Positions 29,393-39,604 of a stretch of 64,000 nt of DNA are shown piece by piece. This DNA comes from a virus: IMG/VR virus record IMGVR_UViG_3300042292_000979; one strand, written 5' to 3'. Position 1 is the stretch's first letter. The number at the start of each line of letters is the position of its first letter. The position numbers were made by a program, and so were the translations under genes. The notes beneath the pieces were generated by a model. The model worked only from the letters and a program-made list of their open reading frames with translations, did not search any database and was not told the origin of the DNA.

Positions 29393-30262
29393 TTAAATAA
29401 TGATATCATCAGGAGTTAAACATCGCCCAGTTTTCGTTTCATGATCTTTGATATAATCATACAATTGATAGTCTAAACTATTAGTATTTTTAAATTTTTC
29501 TATTTCTTCCTGCGAAAGAAAACATTCTGGATCGTTAAATTCTGGCCTCTCTGCAGAATGTAAGTGCTTATTCTTTATTACTTGTTTATCTAAAACAATA
29601 TTTGTTTTTTTTATTTTATTTAAAGAAATCTCTAATTCATTTAGTAAATATGTTCTATTTTCTAATGTGGAAAGTTTTATATTTCTTTTTTTAATTATTT
29701 GCAAAAGTTCTTCAAAAGATATTTTATCTTCATCCATAGTATGGTGATAGATTTTATTTCTTTGTATATTGCACCAAAAAATTTGAACAGTTCCATTTTC
29801 TCTCTTCATGCTTTCCCAATCATAATCACCTAAAAGGTATAAGCATTGTGTGTTAAAAGTATTTAAATTTTTATCTAATAAGAAATCTTTTATTTCATAA
29901 ATTTTAGTATTTATCCAATCTAAATGACTAACATTATTGTTAATATAGTAAAATTCACTAATTGATCTTTCTAGTGGATTTCTAATAATAGAAAACGTTT
30001 CTAAGTTTTCACCATAGGATTCAATATATGGGGTAGAAAAATGATGTCCGTGAAAAAAATCTACATTTAAATAACAATCTTTTAAAAAAGATTGATAATC
30101 CGCCTTATCTATCCCCTTGGTGTAGTAGGGATCGAACTGTTTTATATCAGGCTTGCGATGAATACGCAGTTCTTTGTGAAAAGCATCGTAAACAGCATTA
30201 GATATTGAGGTTCCAGATGTTCTTGGAACGTGGCAAAAATATATCATATGACAGTCTACCAT
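29393..30262 (-). CDS. Sulfotransferase-family-like protein, copy 2
   Basis: MIYFCHVPRTSGTSISNAVYD, FSIIRNPLERSISEFYY; same C-terminus GRCLTPDDI as copy 1. Confidence 0.6.
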   Translation of the reverse strand: MVDCHMIYFCHVPRTSGTSISNAVYDAFHKELRIHRKPDIKQFDPYYTKGIDKADYQSFLKDCYLNVDFFHGHHFSTPYIESYGENLETFSIIRNPLERSISEFYYINNNVSHLDWINTKIYEIKDFLLDKNLNTFNTQCLYLLGDYDWESMKRENGTVQIFWCNIQRNKIYHHTMDEDKISFEELLQIIKKRNIKLSTLENRTYLLNELEISLNKIKKTNIVLDKQVIKNKHLHSAERPEFNDPECFLSQEEIEKFKNTNSLDYQLYDYIKDHETKTGRCLTPDDIII

Positions 30263-30292
30263 AAAATGTTAAAAACATGCTATTATATAATC

Positions 30293-30892
30293 ATGATTAT
30301 TCCAGATGACATGATTATTCACACTGCCAAAATATTTAATGGCGAATACAATATTGACTACAATAACGCTAACCCAGTGATATTGGACATAGGTGCCAAC
30401 ATTGGAGGTTTTGCTAGATGGGCAAACTATAGATGGCCTAATTCAAAGATACATTGTTATGAGCCAGTTAAAAATACTTTTGAAATACTCAAGGCTAATA
30501 CATTAGATGTTAAAAACCTGGAAATAAATAATGTGGCTATTGGAAAGAAGAAGGAAAAGAAAAAAATTTACTATGGAAAAAACAACATAGGAGAAGCTTC
30601 TTTAATTCAAGGTGAAGAACAACGTGAAGATGGTGAAACAATAGATGTTTTTCCTGGATCAAAACTTCCTAAAGCTGATATAGTTAAAATTGATACTGAA
30701 GGTTACGAAGTCGAGATCCTTAGTGCGATAACTTTTCAGCCAGACATATTTTTAATAGAATATCATTCAGCTGAAAATAGAAGATTCATAGATTCTCATT
30801 TGTCTGATTACGTTTTATTATCCCTGGATATGACAGACTATAATTATGGAATTGCCAAGTATGCTAAAAAGAGTTTATTTTCTCAAAACTAA
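30293..30892 (+). CDS. FkbM-family methyltransferase
   Basis: VILDIGANIGGFARWANYRWPNSKIHCYEPVKNTFEILKAN ... ADIVKIDTEGYEVEIL; start within the 30230 ORF is approximate. Confidence 0.85.
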   Translation: MIIPDDMIIHTAKIFNGEYNIDYNNANPVILDIGANIGGFARWANYRWPNSKIHCYEPVKNTFEILKANTLDVKNLEINNVAIGKKKEKKKIYYGKNNIGEASLIQGEEQREDGETIDVFPGSKLPKADIVKIDTEGYEVEILSAITFQPDIFLIEYHSAENRRFIDSHLSDYVLLSLDMTDYNYGIAKYAKKSLFSQN

Positions 30893-31542
30893 CGAATCCA
30901 AATTCCTAAGCGTTCTAGCTCTTCCCCGTTATCACTAATAAAAGTATAACCTTCCGGATTAGGGTCTCGTTCATCGTTCCAGACTGGGATCATTGATGAG
31001 TTACCATGTGAGAAGTCAGAGTTACCACGAAGGTGTATCTCAATTAATTTTCCACCAATAAACTCACAATTAATTTTTGCGTATCTAAGTGGAATAAAAC
31101 CTAAGAATTGTGGAAGGGGATGCGTCTGTTCTGTCCTTTGCCAATAGGTAAATCTTTTGTATGGATGATCTCGGTGCTTAGTTCCGACAACAGATAAGAC
31201 TGGTTTATACTTCTCGTAGTCAATACTAATATGTTCACCGGTAAATATTTCGCACCAGAATTCTCCAGGGTGAAGATGGCATGTATCTTGTTCGAGATAT
31301 TCTACTCGAGCTCTTTCTCCCATACCTTCAATATTAATCACTGGTTTTACAAAATATTCACCAGGTTTTGGAACTGGAATTCCACGTGGTCCACATAAGT
31401 GACCAGCTTTTTTGGCAACAATTAATTTATCAAAAATCCACAAGTCTTCCGGTAAACATGTATTCCACGCACGCATCTCTGGTGAGATATTCATATTACT
31501 CTTCGTCGTCTGGAATTCCATTTCCGTTTTTGTCTTCAGCAT
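30889..31542 (-). CDS. Hypothetical protein
   Basis: Long coherent ORF; start may be internal. Confidence 0.5.
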   Translation of the reverse strand: MLKTKTEMEFQTTKSNMNISPEMRAWNTCLPEDLWIFDKLIVAKKAGHLCGPRGIPVPKPGEYFVKPVINIEGMGERARVEYLEQDTCHLHPGEFWCEIFTGEHISIDYEKYKPVLSVVGTKHRDHPYKRFTYWQRTEQTHPLPQFLGFIPLRYAKINCEFIGGKLIEIHLRGNSDFSHGNSSMIPVWNDERDPNPEGYTFISDNGEELERLGIWIR

Positions 31543-31777
31543 TTCTGCCAGTGGAAATCATAAGGCCAGCAAGCGTTCCAGTAATGAAGGTAGCTACTGA
31601 AGAAAGAACGCCAAAGAACATTTTGTCATTTTCTGCCTGAGCACCGATTGGCTGAGTAACAAATACAAGTGCGTATAAAATAAAGAAAGTAGTGATCAAG
31701 AGTACGCCGCCAAGCATGCAACCAATTACAAACTTTAGACGTGCATCTAATTCTGCTGGTGTTAAACGTTTTTTCAT
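31496..31777 (-). CDS. Membrane protein, holin candidate
   Basis: MKKRLTPAELDARLKFVIGCMLGGVLLITTFFILYALVF...GVLSSVATFITGTLAGLMIS; true start inside the longer track ORF. Confidence 0.5.
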   Translation of the reverse strand: MKKRLTPAELDARLKFVIGCMLGGVLLITTFFILYALVFVTQPIGAQAENDKMFFGVLSSVATFITGTLAGLMISTGRNAEDKNGNGIPDDEE

Positions 31778-31989
31778 GGTGCGATTGTCTCCTGTGTTAT
31801 TTCTATTGTTGTTTCGCTTGGATTGAACCCTAGTAAAGTTTCCGTGCATGCGCCATCGACTCTGCATAATGGCGGGTTGCATTCTTCTGCTTCCCAGTTT
31901 TCTGGGTCCTGACAAGAGTATCTGTAATTTCCATCGTATCCACATGCGGATAAAATTAAAATTCCAAATACTAAGACGACTTTCTTCAT
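31774..31989 (-). CDS. Small lipoprotein (spanin candidate)
   Basis: MKKVVLVFGILILSACGYDG lipobox LSAC. Confidence 0.6.
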   Translation of the reverse strand: MKKVVLVFGILILSACGYDGNYRYSCQDPENWEAEECNPPLCRVDGACTETLLGFNPSETTIEITQETIAP

Positions 31990-32243
31990 TTTGCATCTGC
32001 AGCTTTTTTGGCGCTCTTATCAACACCATTAAATACTTGATTAATCTCAGCTAAAGACAATTTTCCATCATCAAGAAATGCTCTTGATAGACCTTCGACT
32101 ACTGTGGCAACTCCAGCAATACCAGCCATAAAAATAGCCTTCCAAAGAGGAACTCCAGCAATAGTACCAGCTCCAATTACGCCAAGACCAGAAGCCGCAA
32201 AAGTGGCCACAATGCGCATTATTATGTTTTTAACCTGCTCCAT
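31986..32243 (-). CDS. Small membrane protein, holin candidate
   Basis: IMRIVATFAASGLGVIGAGTIAGVPLWKAIFMAGIAGVATVVEGLSR. Confidence 0.55.
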   Translation of the reverse strand: MEQVKNIIMRIVATFAASGLGVIGAGTIAGVPLWKAIFMAGIAGVATVVEGLSRAFLDDGKLSLAEINQVFNGVDKSAKKAADAK

Positions 32244-32408
32244 ATAATCCCTCCAGATGTGATATTATTAATAGTAACAACATCAAAGGAGCACTCAATG
32301 CATCGCCTTAAGCTAATAGTCCTTTCTCTATTATTTAAATTTAAATTAAAAAAAAGACGCTCAAATGATAACGATCCTTTTATATATTAAATGATCTTAA
32401 TCATTTAA

Positions 32409-33503
32409 GTGTATGGAACGGGCAATACGATGAACATTGAAAAATTAGAAAATATATTAAAAGATTTTAATTCTTTATACTGTATTGAAAATGGGTTATC
32501 TGATCGACAGATTGTGCACGGTGTTACGGAATATTATTCTCCAGATTTATATACTTATAAATACAATAGTCATGGTTTTAGATCTATAGAATTTTCCTCT
32601 GATGTAGACATATTAACCGCTGGATGTTCTCACACTTTTGGTTCAAGTATTCCATTTGAACATACCTGGTCACAACAGCTGCAGAAAAAAATTCCAAATA
32701 AAAAAATAGCTACAATAGCTGGACCCGGTTATAGTACTCAGAAAATAATTTCTTATATTTTTAGATATTTTGAAAATATTGGAAATCCAAAAATAATTAT
32801 TTGTAATTTTCCAGATTTTTATAGATTTTTATTTTTAAATAATTCTTCCAATAGGATAGTTCACCATTATAAGAATATGCTTGAAACTCCTACCCTAGAT
32901 AAAAAAACTAAAAAAGAACTTAAATCTAGTTCTCCTGCTATCAATTGGGGTTATTACATCAATTATGAATACATTTTTATGTTAGAAAAATATTGTGATT
33001 CTAATAATATAAAATTAATTTGGTCAACATGGAGTAATGATGAGGCATTTGATCATGATAATAATAATATTTTCCATGAAATTGGACTTAACAACGTACA
33101 TGAAAGTTTAAAGAATACATTTAAACATTATCATGAAGATCATGAAAATGTTATATTTGACAATATGAGTACTTCTATTTCATTTGATAAAAATAAAAAA
33201 ATTCAATATTCAGAAAGAACACCAGAGTCCCTTCTTCATTGTCACAGAGAAGAAAAAAATGAAACTGAAGATTTTTTTGAAATAGCTTATGATAGATATA
33301 TCGTTCCAGAAAAAGACAGAAATGACACTGAAAAACATCTAAAAATTTCTAGATTAGAAAGAGATAAAAACTTAAAACAAAAACTGGAAGATCCAAATCA
33401 CAATGGTGGACATAGGGCTCATTTTGGCTCCCATAGAAATATTCATTGGGCAGAATTTTATTACGATATCATCAAAGAAAAATATCCTGAGTTTATTTTA
33501 TAG
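32409..33503 (+). CDS. SGNH/GDSL hydrolase-like protein, paralog A
   Basis: VDILTAGCSHTFGSSIPFEHTWSQQLQKKIPNKKIATIAGPGYS...NIHWAEFYYDIIKEKYPEF. Confidence 0.65.
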   Translation: MYGTGNTMNIEKLENILKDFNSLYCIENGLSDRQIVHGVTEYYSPDLYTYKYNSHGFRSIEFSSDVDILTAGCSHTFGSSIPFEHTWSQQLQKKIPNKKIATIAGPGYSTQKIISYIFRYFENIGNPKIIICNFPDFYRFLFLNNSSNRIVHHYKNMLETPTLDKKTKKELKSSSPAINWGYYINYEYIFMLEKYCDSNNIKLIWSTWSNDEAFDHDNNNIFHEIGLNNVHESLKNTFKHYHEDHENVIFDNMSTSISFDKNKKIQYSERTPESLLHCHREEKNETEDFFEIAYDRYIVPEKDRNDTEKHLKISRLERDKNLKQKLEDPNHNGGHRAHFGSHRNIHWAEFYYDIIKEKYPEFIL

Positions 33504-34617
33504 AAAAGAAAATATGACGAACCTATTTTATGATCCAAATGATATAGCACTATCAATGGCTCTTGAGAATATGCATACTCTTGGTCCAGTGCATAAACCT
33601 GGTGACTTGGTAGTATCTCCATTTGAATATTATTCGCCAGATTTATACACTTACCAGTATAACAATTATAATTTTAGATCAATAGATTTTAGTAGTGAAA
33701 TTGATGTATTGACAGTTGGCTGTTCTCATACTTTTGGAACTGGTTTGCCATTTGAGCACACCTGGTCACAACAGCTTCAAAAAAAGATTCCAAATAAAAA
33801 AATAGCCACAATAGCTTTTCCAGGTTTAAGTATACAGAGTTCAATTTCTTATTTATTTAACTATTTTAAAACAATTGGAAATCCTAAAATGATTATTTGT
33901 AATTTTCCTGATTTTTTTAGATTTGAAATTTTAACTAAAGAACTTAGATTAATTAACTATTATTCAATGATAAATCAAAGTCCTAATTTCAGCGTAGAAG
34001 AACATCAAAGTATTAACGAGTCTTTTGCCGACGAAGCATGGGGGTATTATATAAACCTTAAATATCTTTTAATGCTAGAACAGTATTGTGAATCTAGCGG
34101 CATAAAACTTATTTGGTCAACATGGCAATATTACGCGCAAAATTACAAGAATTTATTTAATGAAAGTGGATTTAATACTTTAGATGAATACTTAAAAAAT
34201 AAATTTAAACACTATCATTCGGATAATCAAGTTGGAATACTTCAATATATAAAAACACAACTATCTTTTGATGCAAATAAAAAAATTAAATACCCTAAAA
34301 AATTTAACATACTGTGGGGCGATTTAACGAATTTAAGCCCAGAAGAAATTACGTTTAAATTTACTAATTGCCATATAAAGGAAAGAGAAGAGACCGAAGA
34401 TTTTTTTGAAGTAGCCTATGATAGATACTTACTTCCAAAAAAACACAAGTATCCTCAAATGAAAACTGAAGATCATGTTAATTTATCTAGATCCAAAAAA
34501 GATAAATATTTAAACCCTCAGTTGATAAACCCTCATTTTGGCTCACATGCAAATATTCATTGGGCAGAATTTTATTTTGATATTATCAAAGAAAAATATC
34601 CTGAATTTACAATATAA
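33466..34617 (+). CDS. SGNH/GDSL hydrolase-like protein, paralog B
   Basis: IDVLTVGCSHTFGTGLPFEHTWSQQLQKKIPNKKIATIAFPGLS; start approximate. Confidence 0.6.
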   Translation: MSSKKNILSLFYRKENMTNLFYDPNDIALSMALENMHTLGPVHKPGDLVVSPFEYYSPDLYTYQYNNYNFRSIDFSSEIDVLTVGCSHTFGTGLPFEHTWSQQLQKKIPNKKIATIAFPGLSIQSSISYLFNYFKTIGNPKMIICNFPDFFRFEILTKELRLINYYSMINQSPNFSVEEHQSINESFADEAWGYYINLKYLLMLEQYCESSGIKLIWSTWQYYAQNYKNLFNESGFNTLDEYLKNKFKHYHSDNQVGILQYIKTQLSFDANKKIKYPKKFNILWGDLTNLSPEEITFKFTNCHIKEREETEDFFEVAYDRYLLPKKHKYPQMKTEDHVNLSRSKKDKYLNPQLINPHFGSHANIHWAEFYFDIIKEKYPEFTI

Positions 34618-34772
34618 TATGATATTATATACAATAGGTGCGCGTAAGGAGCGGTAAATGACTTTTTTATATATTGCTGGATTTTTTTTGATTATAGTTG
34701 TTTTTAAAGTTATTAAAAATAAAATAAAAGAAAAAAATAGAAGAAAAAAAATATCACCATTTATTTACTAAC

Positions 34773-36206
34773 ATGTTAATTCTGGGTATTAACGAAGGAA
34801 GCCACGATGCTGCTGTTGCGCTATTAGATGGCCCAAACATCCTCTATGCTTCGCATGCAGAGAGGCATTCAAAAATTAAAAATGATCATAATTTAAATCC
34901 AGAAATTATAAAAGAAGTTTTATCATTTGGCAAGCCTGATATTGTATCGTTTTATGAAAAACGCCTTTTAAAAAAAACTAGACTAATTTTAAAAGGTGGT
35001 AAAAAATATACTAAAAATAACTTTAAGTTATCTGATTATGACTTGTTTGAAGAAAGACAATTTTCTCATCATGAAAGCCACGCTGCGGCGGGCTACTATA
35101 CTTCTCCATTTGACGACGCCGCAATAGTTGTAATAGATGCCATAGGAGAATGGAACACTTCATCAATATGGGTTGGTCAAAATAGAGAGATAAAAAAAGT
35201 TTATTCAATAAATTATCCATTTAGTTTTGGATTATTCTATTCAGCATTCACCCATCTTATTGGTTTAATCCCTGGAACAGATGAATATATATTAATGGGG
35301 ATGGCGGCGTATGGAAACTATAAAAAATATTATTCTAAAGTCAATAGTTATTTTGAATCAATAACTAAACAAAAATATAATTTTCATAAAGGCATTACTG
35401 ATTGGGATCAAAATTGCAATTTAGAAAAAGAAAAGTTTGACATAGCTGCTGCAGTGCAAAAAGTTTACGAAGATCGTTTAATGGAATTTATGCAGTTTGC
35501 CAAAAAAAAGACTAATAAATCAAACCTTGTATTTATGGGCGGATGCGCATTAAATTGCTCTGCTAATACAAAGCTGTTTGATATTTATGATAATGTTTGG
35601 ATAATGCCTTCGCCGGGAGATTCAGGCAGCAGCTTAGGGGCAGCAGCGCTTACTTATGGGTCACATATAAATTGGCAGGGCCCATATCTTGGAACTAATA
35701 TTCCTGGTAAGTATCCTGTAAAAAAAAGCATTGATGATTTGGTATCTAAAAAAATTAGCATTGTTGCAGTTGGTAGAGCAGAATTTGGTCCAAGAGCACT
35801 TGGAAACAGAAGTGTATTAGCCGACCCAAGAGATCCAAATATAAAAGACATAGTTAACAAAATAAAAAAAAGAGAAGAGTTTAGACCATTTGCGCCTGTT
35901 GTATTAGAACAGTACGCCGATGATTGGTTTGAGATGCCGCAAAAACAATCACCCTATATGCAGTTTGCGGTCAAGTGTAAAAAACCAGATATTATTCCAT
36001 CTGTTGTTCATTATGACGGCACTAGTAGGGTTCAAACTGTTAATAAAAAACAGAATACGGGACTTTATAATTTATTAATCAAATGGTATGACATAACAGG
36101 AGTTCCAGTGTTATTAAACACAAGCTTAAATATAAAAAACCAACCTCTTTTAAATAATAAAACTGATCTAGATATGTGGAATGAGTTATATAATGATAAG
36201 CCTTAG
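34773..36206 (+). CDS. NodU/CmcH-family carbamoyltransferase
   Basis: MLILGINEGSHDAAVALLDG ... FMGGCALNCSANTKLFD ... VGRAEFGPRALGNRSVLADPRD ... FRPFAPVV. Confidence 0.92.
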   Translation: MLILGINEGSHDAAVALLDGPNILYASHAERHSKIKNDHNLNPEIIKEVLSFGKPDIVSFYEKRLLKKTRLILKGGKKYTKNNFKLSDYDLFEERQFSHHESHAAAGYYTSPFDDAAIVVIDAIGEWNTSSIWVGQNREIKKVYSINYPFSFGLFYSAFTHLIGLIPGTDEYILMGMAAYGNYKKYYSKVNSYFESITKQKYNFHKGITDWDQNCNLEKEKFDIAAAVQKVYEDRLMEFMQFAKKKTNKSNLVFMGGCALNCSANTKLFDIYDNVWIMPSPGDSGSSLGAAALTYGSHINWQGPYLGTNIPGKYPVKKSIDDLVSKKISIVAVGRAEFGPRALGNRSVLADPRDPNIKDIVNKIKKREEFRPFAPVVLEQYADDWFEMPQKQSPYMQFAVKCKKPDIIPSVVHYDGTSRVQTVNKKQNTGLYNLLIKWYDITGVPVLLNTSLNIKNQPLLNNKTDLDMWNELYNDKP

Positions 36207-37284
36207 ATTAGAAGATGTTTTAAATTCTTTTAATGATTTTACCTCTCCTGTGCTCGGACCAGTATCTGACACGCAATATAATATAAGGCGTAGTCAAAAT
36301 TTTAGATTAGTGTCTCCGTACGTTGAGTACTATTCTCCTGATTTATATACATATGATTTAAATACTCATGGCTATAGGTCTATAGAGTTTTCTGGTGATG
36401 TGGAAATATTAACAGTCGGTTGCTCTTTTACATTTGGGACTGGGTTGCCATTTGAATACACCTGGTCTCAGCAGCTTCAAAAAAAAATTACAAATAAAAA
36501 AATAGCAACTTTGTCTTGGCCTGGCCATGGAATTCAAGATTTAGTTTCTCTTTTATTTAAATATTTTAAAACAATTGGAAATCCAAAAATGATTATTTGT
36601 AATTTTCCAGATTTTTATAGATTTTTATTTTTACAAAAAGAATATAATCTAATTAGTCGTCATTATATAGGTATATTGGAAAATCCTAGTTTAGACAAAA
36701 AAGTAATAAAAAATATTAAAGAGAGCTGCCCTCATCCTTTTTGGGGTTTGTATATAAACTATGAATATATTTTAATGTTAGAGCAATATTGTGATTCTAA
36801 TGATATAAAATTAATTTGGTCAAATTGGTCTGGTCAAAATTCTCAATCTGCGAGCGCTGAATTGAATACAGATTCTTTTTTTAAATCAAGAGGCGTGCAA
36901 GATATGAATGAAAATTTAAAAAATACATTTAAACATTATTATGTTGACTATGAAAGCGAAGATTTTTATTATTTATTTCATAATTATTCTTGGAACAAAG
37001 ATGGCAGTATCAAGTACAACGGCGCAGTAGAAAAATCTTTGAACTGTCACTTAGACGAAAAAAAAGAATGTGAAGATTTTTTTGATCTAGCCTATGATAG
37101 GTATATTGTTCCAGAAAAAGATATTAATGACATTGAAAAACATTTAAAAATGTCTAGATTAGAAAAAGATAAAAATCTTAATCAAAACAGTCAATACTTA
37201 GGGCACTTTGGAGCTCATAGGCATATTCACTGGGCAGAATTTTATTACGATATCATCAAAGAAAAGTATCCTGAATTTATTTAG
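36181..37284 (+). CDS. SGNH/GDSL hydrolase-like protein, paralog C
   Basis: VEILTVGCSFTFGTGLPFEYTWSQQLQKKITNKKIATLSWPGHG. Confidence 0.65.
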   Translation: MSYIMISLRLEDVLNSFNDFTSPVLGPVSDTQYNIRRSQNFRLVSPYVEYYSPDLYTYDLNTHGYRSIEFSGDVEILTVGCSFTFGTGLPFEYTWSQQLQKKITNKKIATLSWPGHGIQDLVSLLFKYFKTIGNPKMIICNFPDFYRFLFLQKEYNLISRHYIGILENPSLDKKVIKNIKESCPHPFWGLYINYEYILMLEQYCDSNDIKLIWSNWSGQNSQSASAELNTDSFFKSRGVQDMNENLKNTFKHYYVDYESEDFYYLFHNYSWNKDGSIKYNGAVEKSLNCHLDEKKECEDFFDLAYDRYIVPEKDINDIEKHLKMSRLEKDKNLNQNSQYLGHFGAHRHIHWAEFYYDIIKEKYPEFI

Positions 37285-37376
37285 AGTGAGATTCCACTCC
37301 AACGGATTTCAAAAATGCTTCTTCTTTTTCCCAAAGCTCTTTAAGCTTTTCTTCAATGGTTAGATAATGAAGTTCT

Positions 37377-37622
37377 TTAGGGTTCGATGAAGATACATTC
37401 TCCGGGGCATTCTTCGGCTGCTTCAATTACGTCTCCTAATCTATCGTCTGAAAAAGATGCTAAACCAGCTGCGCCTTCTGGATTTCCCACAGCGGCCGCA
37501 TAAATCTTGTTTCCTTCTTTTACATACGCAAGACCATCCGGCATCATATGAAACACGTCTGGTGCTATCTCTGCGCATAGTCCATCTCCAGTACATAGGT
37601 CTTGGTCAATCCATACTCTCAT
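37377..37622 (-). CDS. Ferredoxin
   Basis: MRVWIDQDLCTGDGLCAEIAPDVFHMM...EAAEECPGECIFIEP. Confidence 0.85.
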   Translation of the reverse strand: MRVWIDQDLCTGDGLCAEIAPDVFHMMPDGLAYVKEGNKIYAAAVGNPEGAAGLASFSDDRLGDVIEAAEECPGECIFIEP

Positions 37623-38104
37623 GACTTAATAGTACCAGTGATCTCACAAGATCTATTTAGTATCTTGCCATCGTCGCTTTCTGGGTCTATTCCAGGGTAT
37701 GGCAATTCGTCTCCTAGGGACTTAGTAGTTATATCAGTATAGGCTATACCTTTTTCTAATAAAACAAATTGTAGAGCTTTTGTTCTTTTCTCAGAAAGAT
37801 CGTTTCTATTAATATTTTGACCATCACTAGATGATCTACATACCACATTAAGGATTGAATAATATCCAGCTTTGTACTTATCGACATAAGTAGATACACA
37901 TGCAGTTTCATCAAAAACCGGTATATCCTTATCTTTCTGGTAAAGGACCAAACATGGGGGATCGGCAACTATGGCTAAAGTAGTAGTTACCTCAGACACA
38001 GTGTCAGTAACTTTTGCTTCAGGCCAAAAAATGTAAGACAAGATAGCTAGCATCACCGACATAACCGCTACTCTCACTGCAGTTTTTCTAATGTTATTTA
38101 TCAT
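37619..38104 (-). CDS. Membrane-anchored OmpA/MotB-like domain protein
   Basis: N-terminal TM; SSSDGQNINRNDLSEKRTKALQFVLLEKGIAYTDITTKSLGDELP. Confidence 0.5.
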   Translation of the reverse strand: MINNIRKTAVRVAVMSVMLAILSYIFWPEAKVTDTVSEVTTTLAIVADPPCLVLYQKDKDIPVFDETACVSTYVDKYKAGYYSILNVVCRSSSDGQNINRNDLSEKRTKALQFVLLEKGIAYTDITTKSLGDELPYPGIDPESDDGKILNRSCEITGTIKS

Positions 38105-38948
38105 AAGTATTTTTCCTTGCTTGTTTATTTAAACGTTGAAAATTTTTCTTGGCTTTTGTCTCTTTATTTTTAGCTGCTTTTATATAGTGATCGTATACAT
38201 CTGTATACCAATAAGCTATAGCAGAAATAACTAAGCCAATACTTGTAGCAGCTAAGGATAGCACAAATTTATCTAAGAATACTAATGAATCTTCAGTAAA
38301 TCTAGCCGCAGTTGATAGTATGGTAAGTAAAGAAAACAAAAAGACATTAATACCTAAAGTATCTTTAGCTGTAGATTTTCTATATACTTCAATCTCTTTT
38401 AAGTTATTAGATTGAGATCTTTTTTTAGATAACATTTTAATAGCATAAGACGAACCTAGCTGAGAACATACAAAGGCGTAAGAAAAAGACAGGATAATTG
38501 CAGAAGCTCTCTCTGCTCTTTCTGCCCAAGCATCAGCTCCAAATTTACCGGCAAATATATCTTTCCACAAAAGGAAGTCAAACACTAAACCTATGATAAC
38601 TGAAAACCAAATTATCTCAGAACCGTAATCAGAAACAGAAGATGAGTGTGGAGCAAGCTGCTTTTCCGCCTCTTCGCTATCTACCTGAGCCTTTAAATAT
38701 TCTTTATGGGCTTTATCATAATCAGATATGATAATTTTATTCTCTATAATTTCAGGAGTTTTAGTAGCTTCTAATTCAGAACCAAGCAACGATGCTTGAT
38801 CTTTTAAAGACTGATTTTCAATTTCAAGTTCTTTAAATTTTTGATCTAATTGTGGTATAAGTTTATTAAAACGCTTTTGATTACGTCTAGATAAAAGTTG
38901 GATGTCATCTTTGTTAATAGGCGTTAAATTATTATCTTGCTGTTCCAT
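38094..38948 (-). CDS. Coiled-coil multi-TM membrane protein
   Basis: N-terminal coiled coil plus three or four hydrophobic segments. Confidence 0.5.
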   Translation of the reverse strand: MEQQDNNLTPINKDDIQLLSRRNQKRFNKLIPQLDQKFKELEIENQSLKDQASLLGSELEATKTPEIIENKIIISDYDKAHKEYLKAQVDSEEAEKQLAPHSSSVSDYGSEIIWFSVIIGLVFDFLLWKDIFAGKFGADAWAERAERASAIILSFSYAFVCSQLGSSYAIKMLSKKRSQSNNLKEIEVYRKSTAKDTLGINVFLFSLLTILSTAARFTEDSLVFLDKFVLSLAATSIGLVISAIAYWYTDVYDHYIKAAKNKETKAKKNFQRLNKQARKNTYDK

Positions 38949-38957
38949 ATTGTAAAT

Positions 38958-39413
38958 TTATTCTTCATCTGAATCTTCGTCGTCTTGAGAGGATCCCACA
39001 ACTCCATCAGGTATAGCCGCCAATCTACAATAGCCTCCCGGTTGAATCCTCTGTTTAACAATTTTACAAACTGATTTTGATTCATGAAGAATGCAGTTTT
39101 CGCAACGTACTCCAATTTCGTAATTTTCATTTTCTGATTCAGGAACGTACCCAACCCAAATTCCATTACCGTCGTTATTTGAAAGTTTGCCATATTTTTT
39201 TACGATTGCTAATAAAGAATCAGCGAATTCTCTCTCAGCTGGAGCGACGGTGCCTTGCATGCGCTGATTTCTCATCTCATTAATATTTTTAACTACAGAT
39301 TTTTGATAGTTAACATCAGAGAGCCAATAATTTTCCATACTGTTATAGTACCACACTGGCTCTGGCAATGCATCCGCGGCTACAATAGAGAATATTTTGG
39401 TCTTCATAAACAA
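38958..39413 (-). CDS. Cys-containing hypothetical protein
   Basis: RCENCILHESKSVCKIVKQRIQPGGYCRLAAIPDG. Confidence 0.45.
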   Translation of the reverse strand: MFMKTKIFSIVAADALPEPVWYYNSMENYWLSDVNYQKSVVKNINEMRNQRMQGTVAPAEREFADSLLAIVKKYGKLSNNDGNGIWVGYVPESENENYEIGVRCENCILHESKSVCKIVKQRIQPGGYCRLAAIPDGVVGSSQDDEDSDEE

Positions 39414-39564
39414 TACCTTTACCTGTTTTCTTTTTGCACGTAGGACAGATATGAAAGGTATCTCTCCCGGTTGCCATGTATAGTGTAGCTTTACCCGGTC
39501 TATTATCTTGTTTAGTATTATTACCCAAATTAACTTTTGCGGGCTTTTTCCCTGACATAACCAC
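39343..39564 (-). CDS. Small zinc-ribbon-like protein
   Basis: HICPTCKKKTGKGIVYEDQNILYCSRGC. Confidence 0.45.
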   Translation of the reverse strand: MVMSGKKPAKVNLGNNTKQDNRPGKATLYMATGRDTFHICPTCKKKTGKGIVYEDQNILYCSRGCIARASVVL

Positions 39565-39604
39565 CTCCTTAGTGTCGGAGGTATAGTAATAGCCTATCTG
39601 TTAA

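Noticed and set aside
34600-34660. AT-rich palindrome-like sequence tatataatatgatattatata as a regulatory site
   Set aside because: Low-complexity AT-rich intergenic DNA; no recurrence at other gene starts that I could see.
37285-37376. Minus-strand coding-looking stretch KELHYLTIEEKLKELWEKEEAFLKSVGVESHSK after the ferredoxin
   Set aside because: Sequence looks coding, but I found no convincing start codon and no in-frame CGG link to the ferredoxin, so it is not called.
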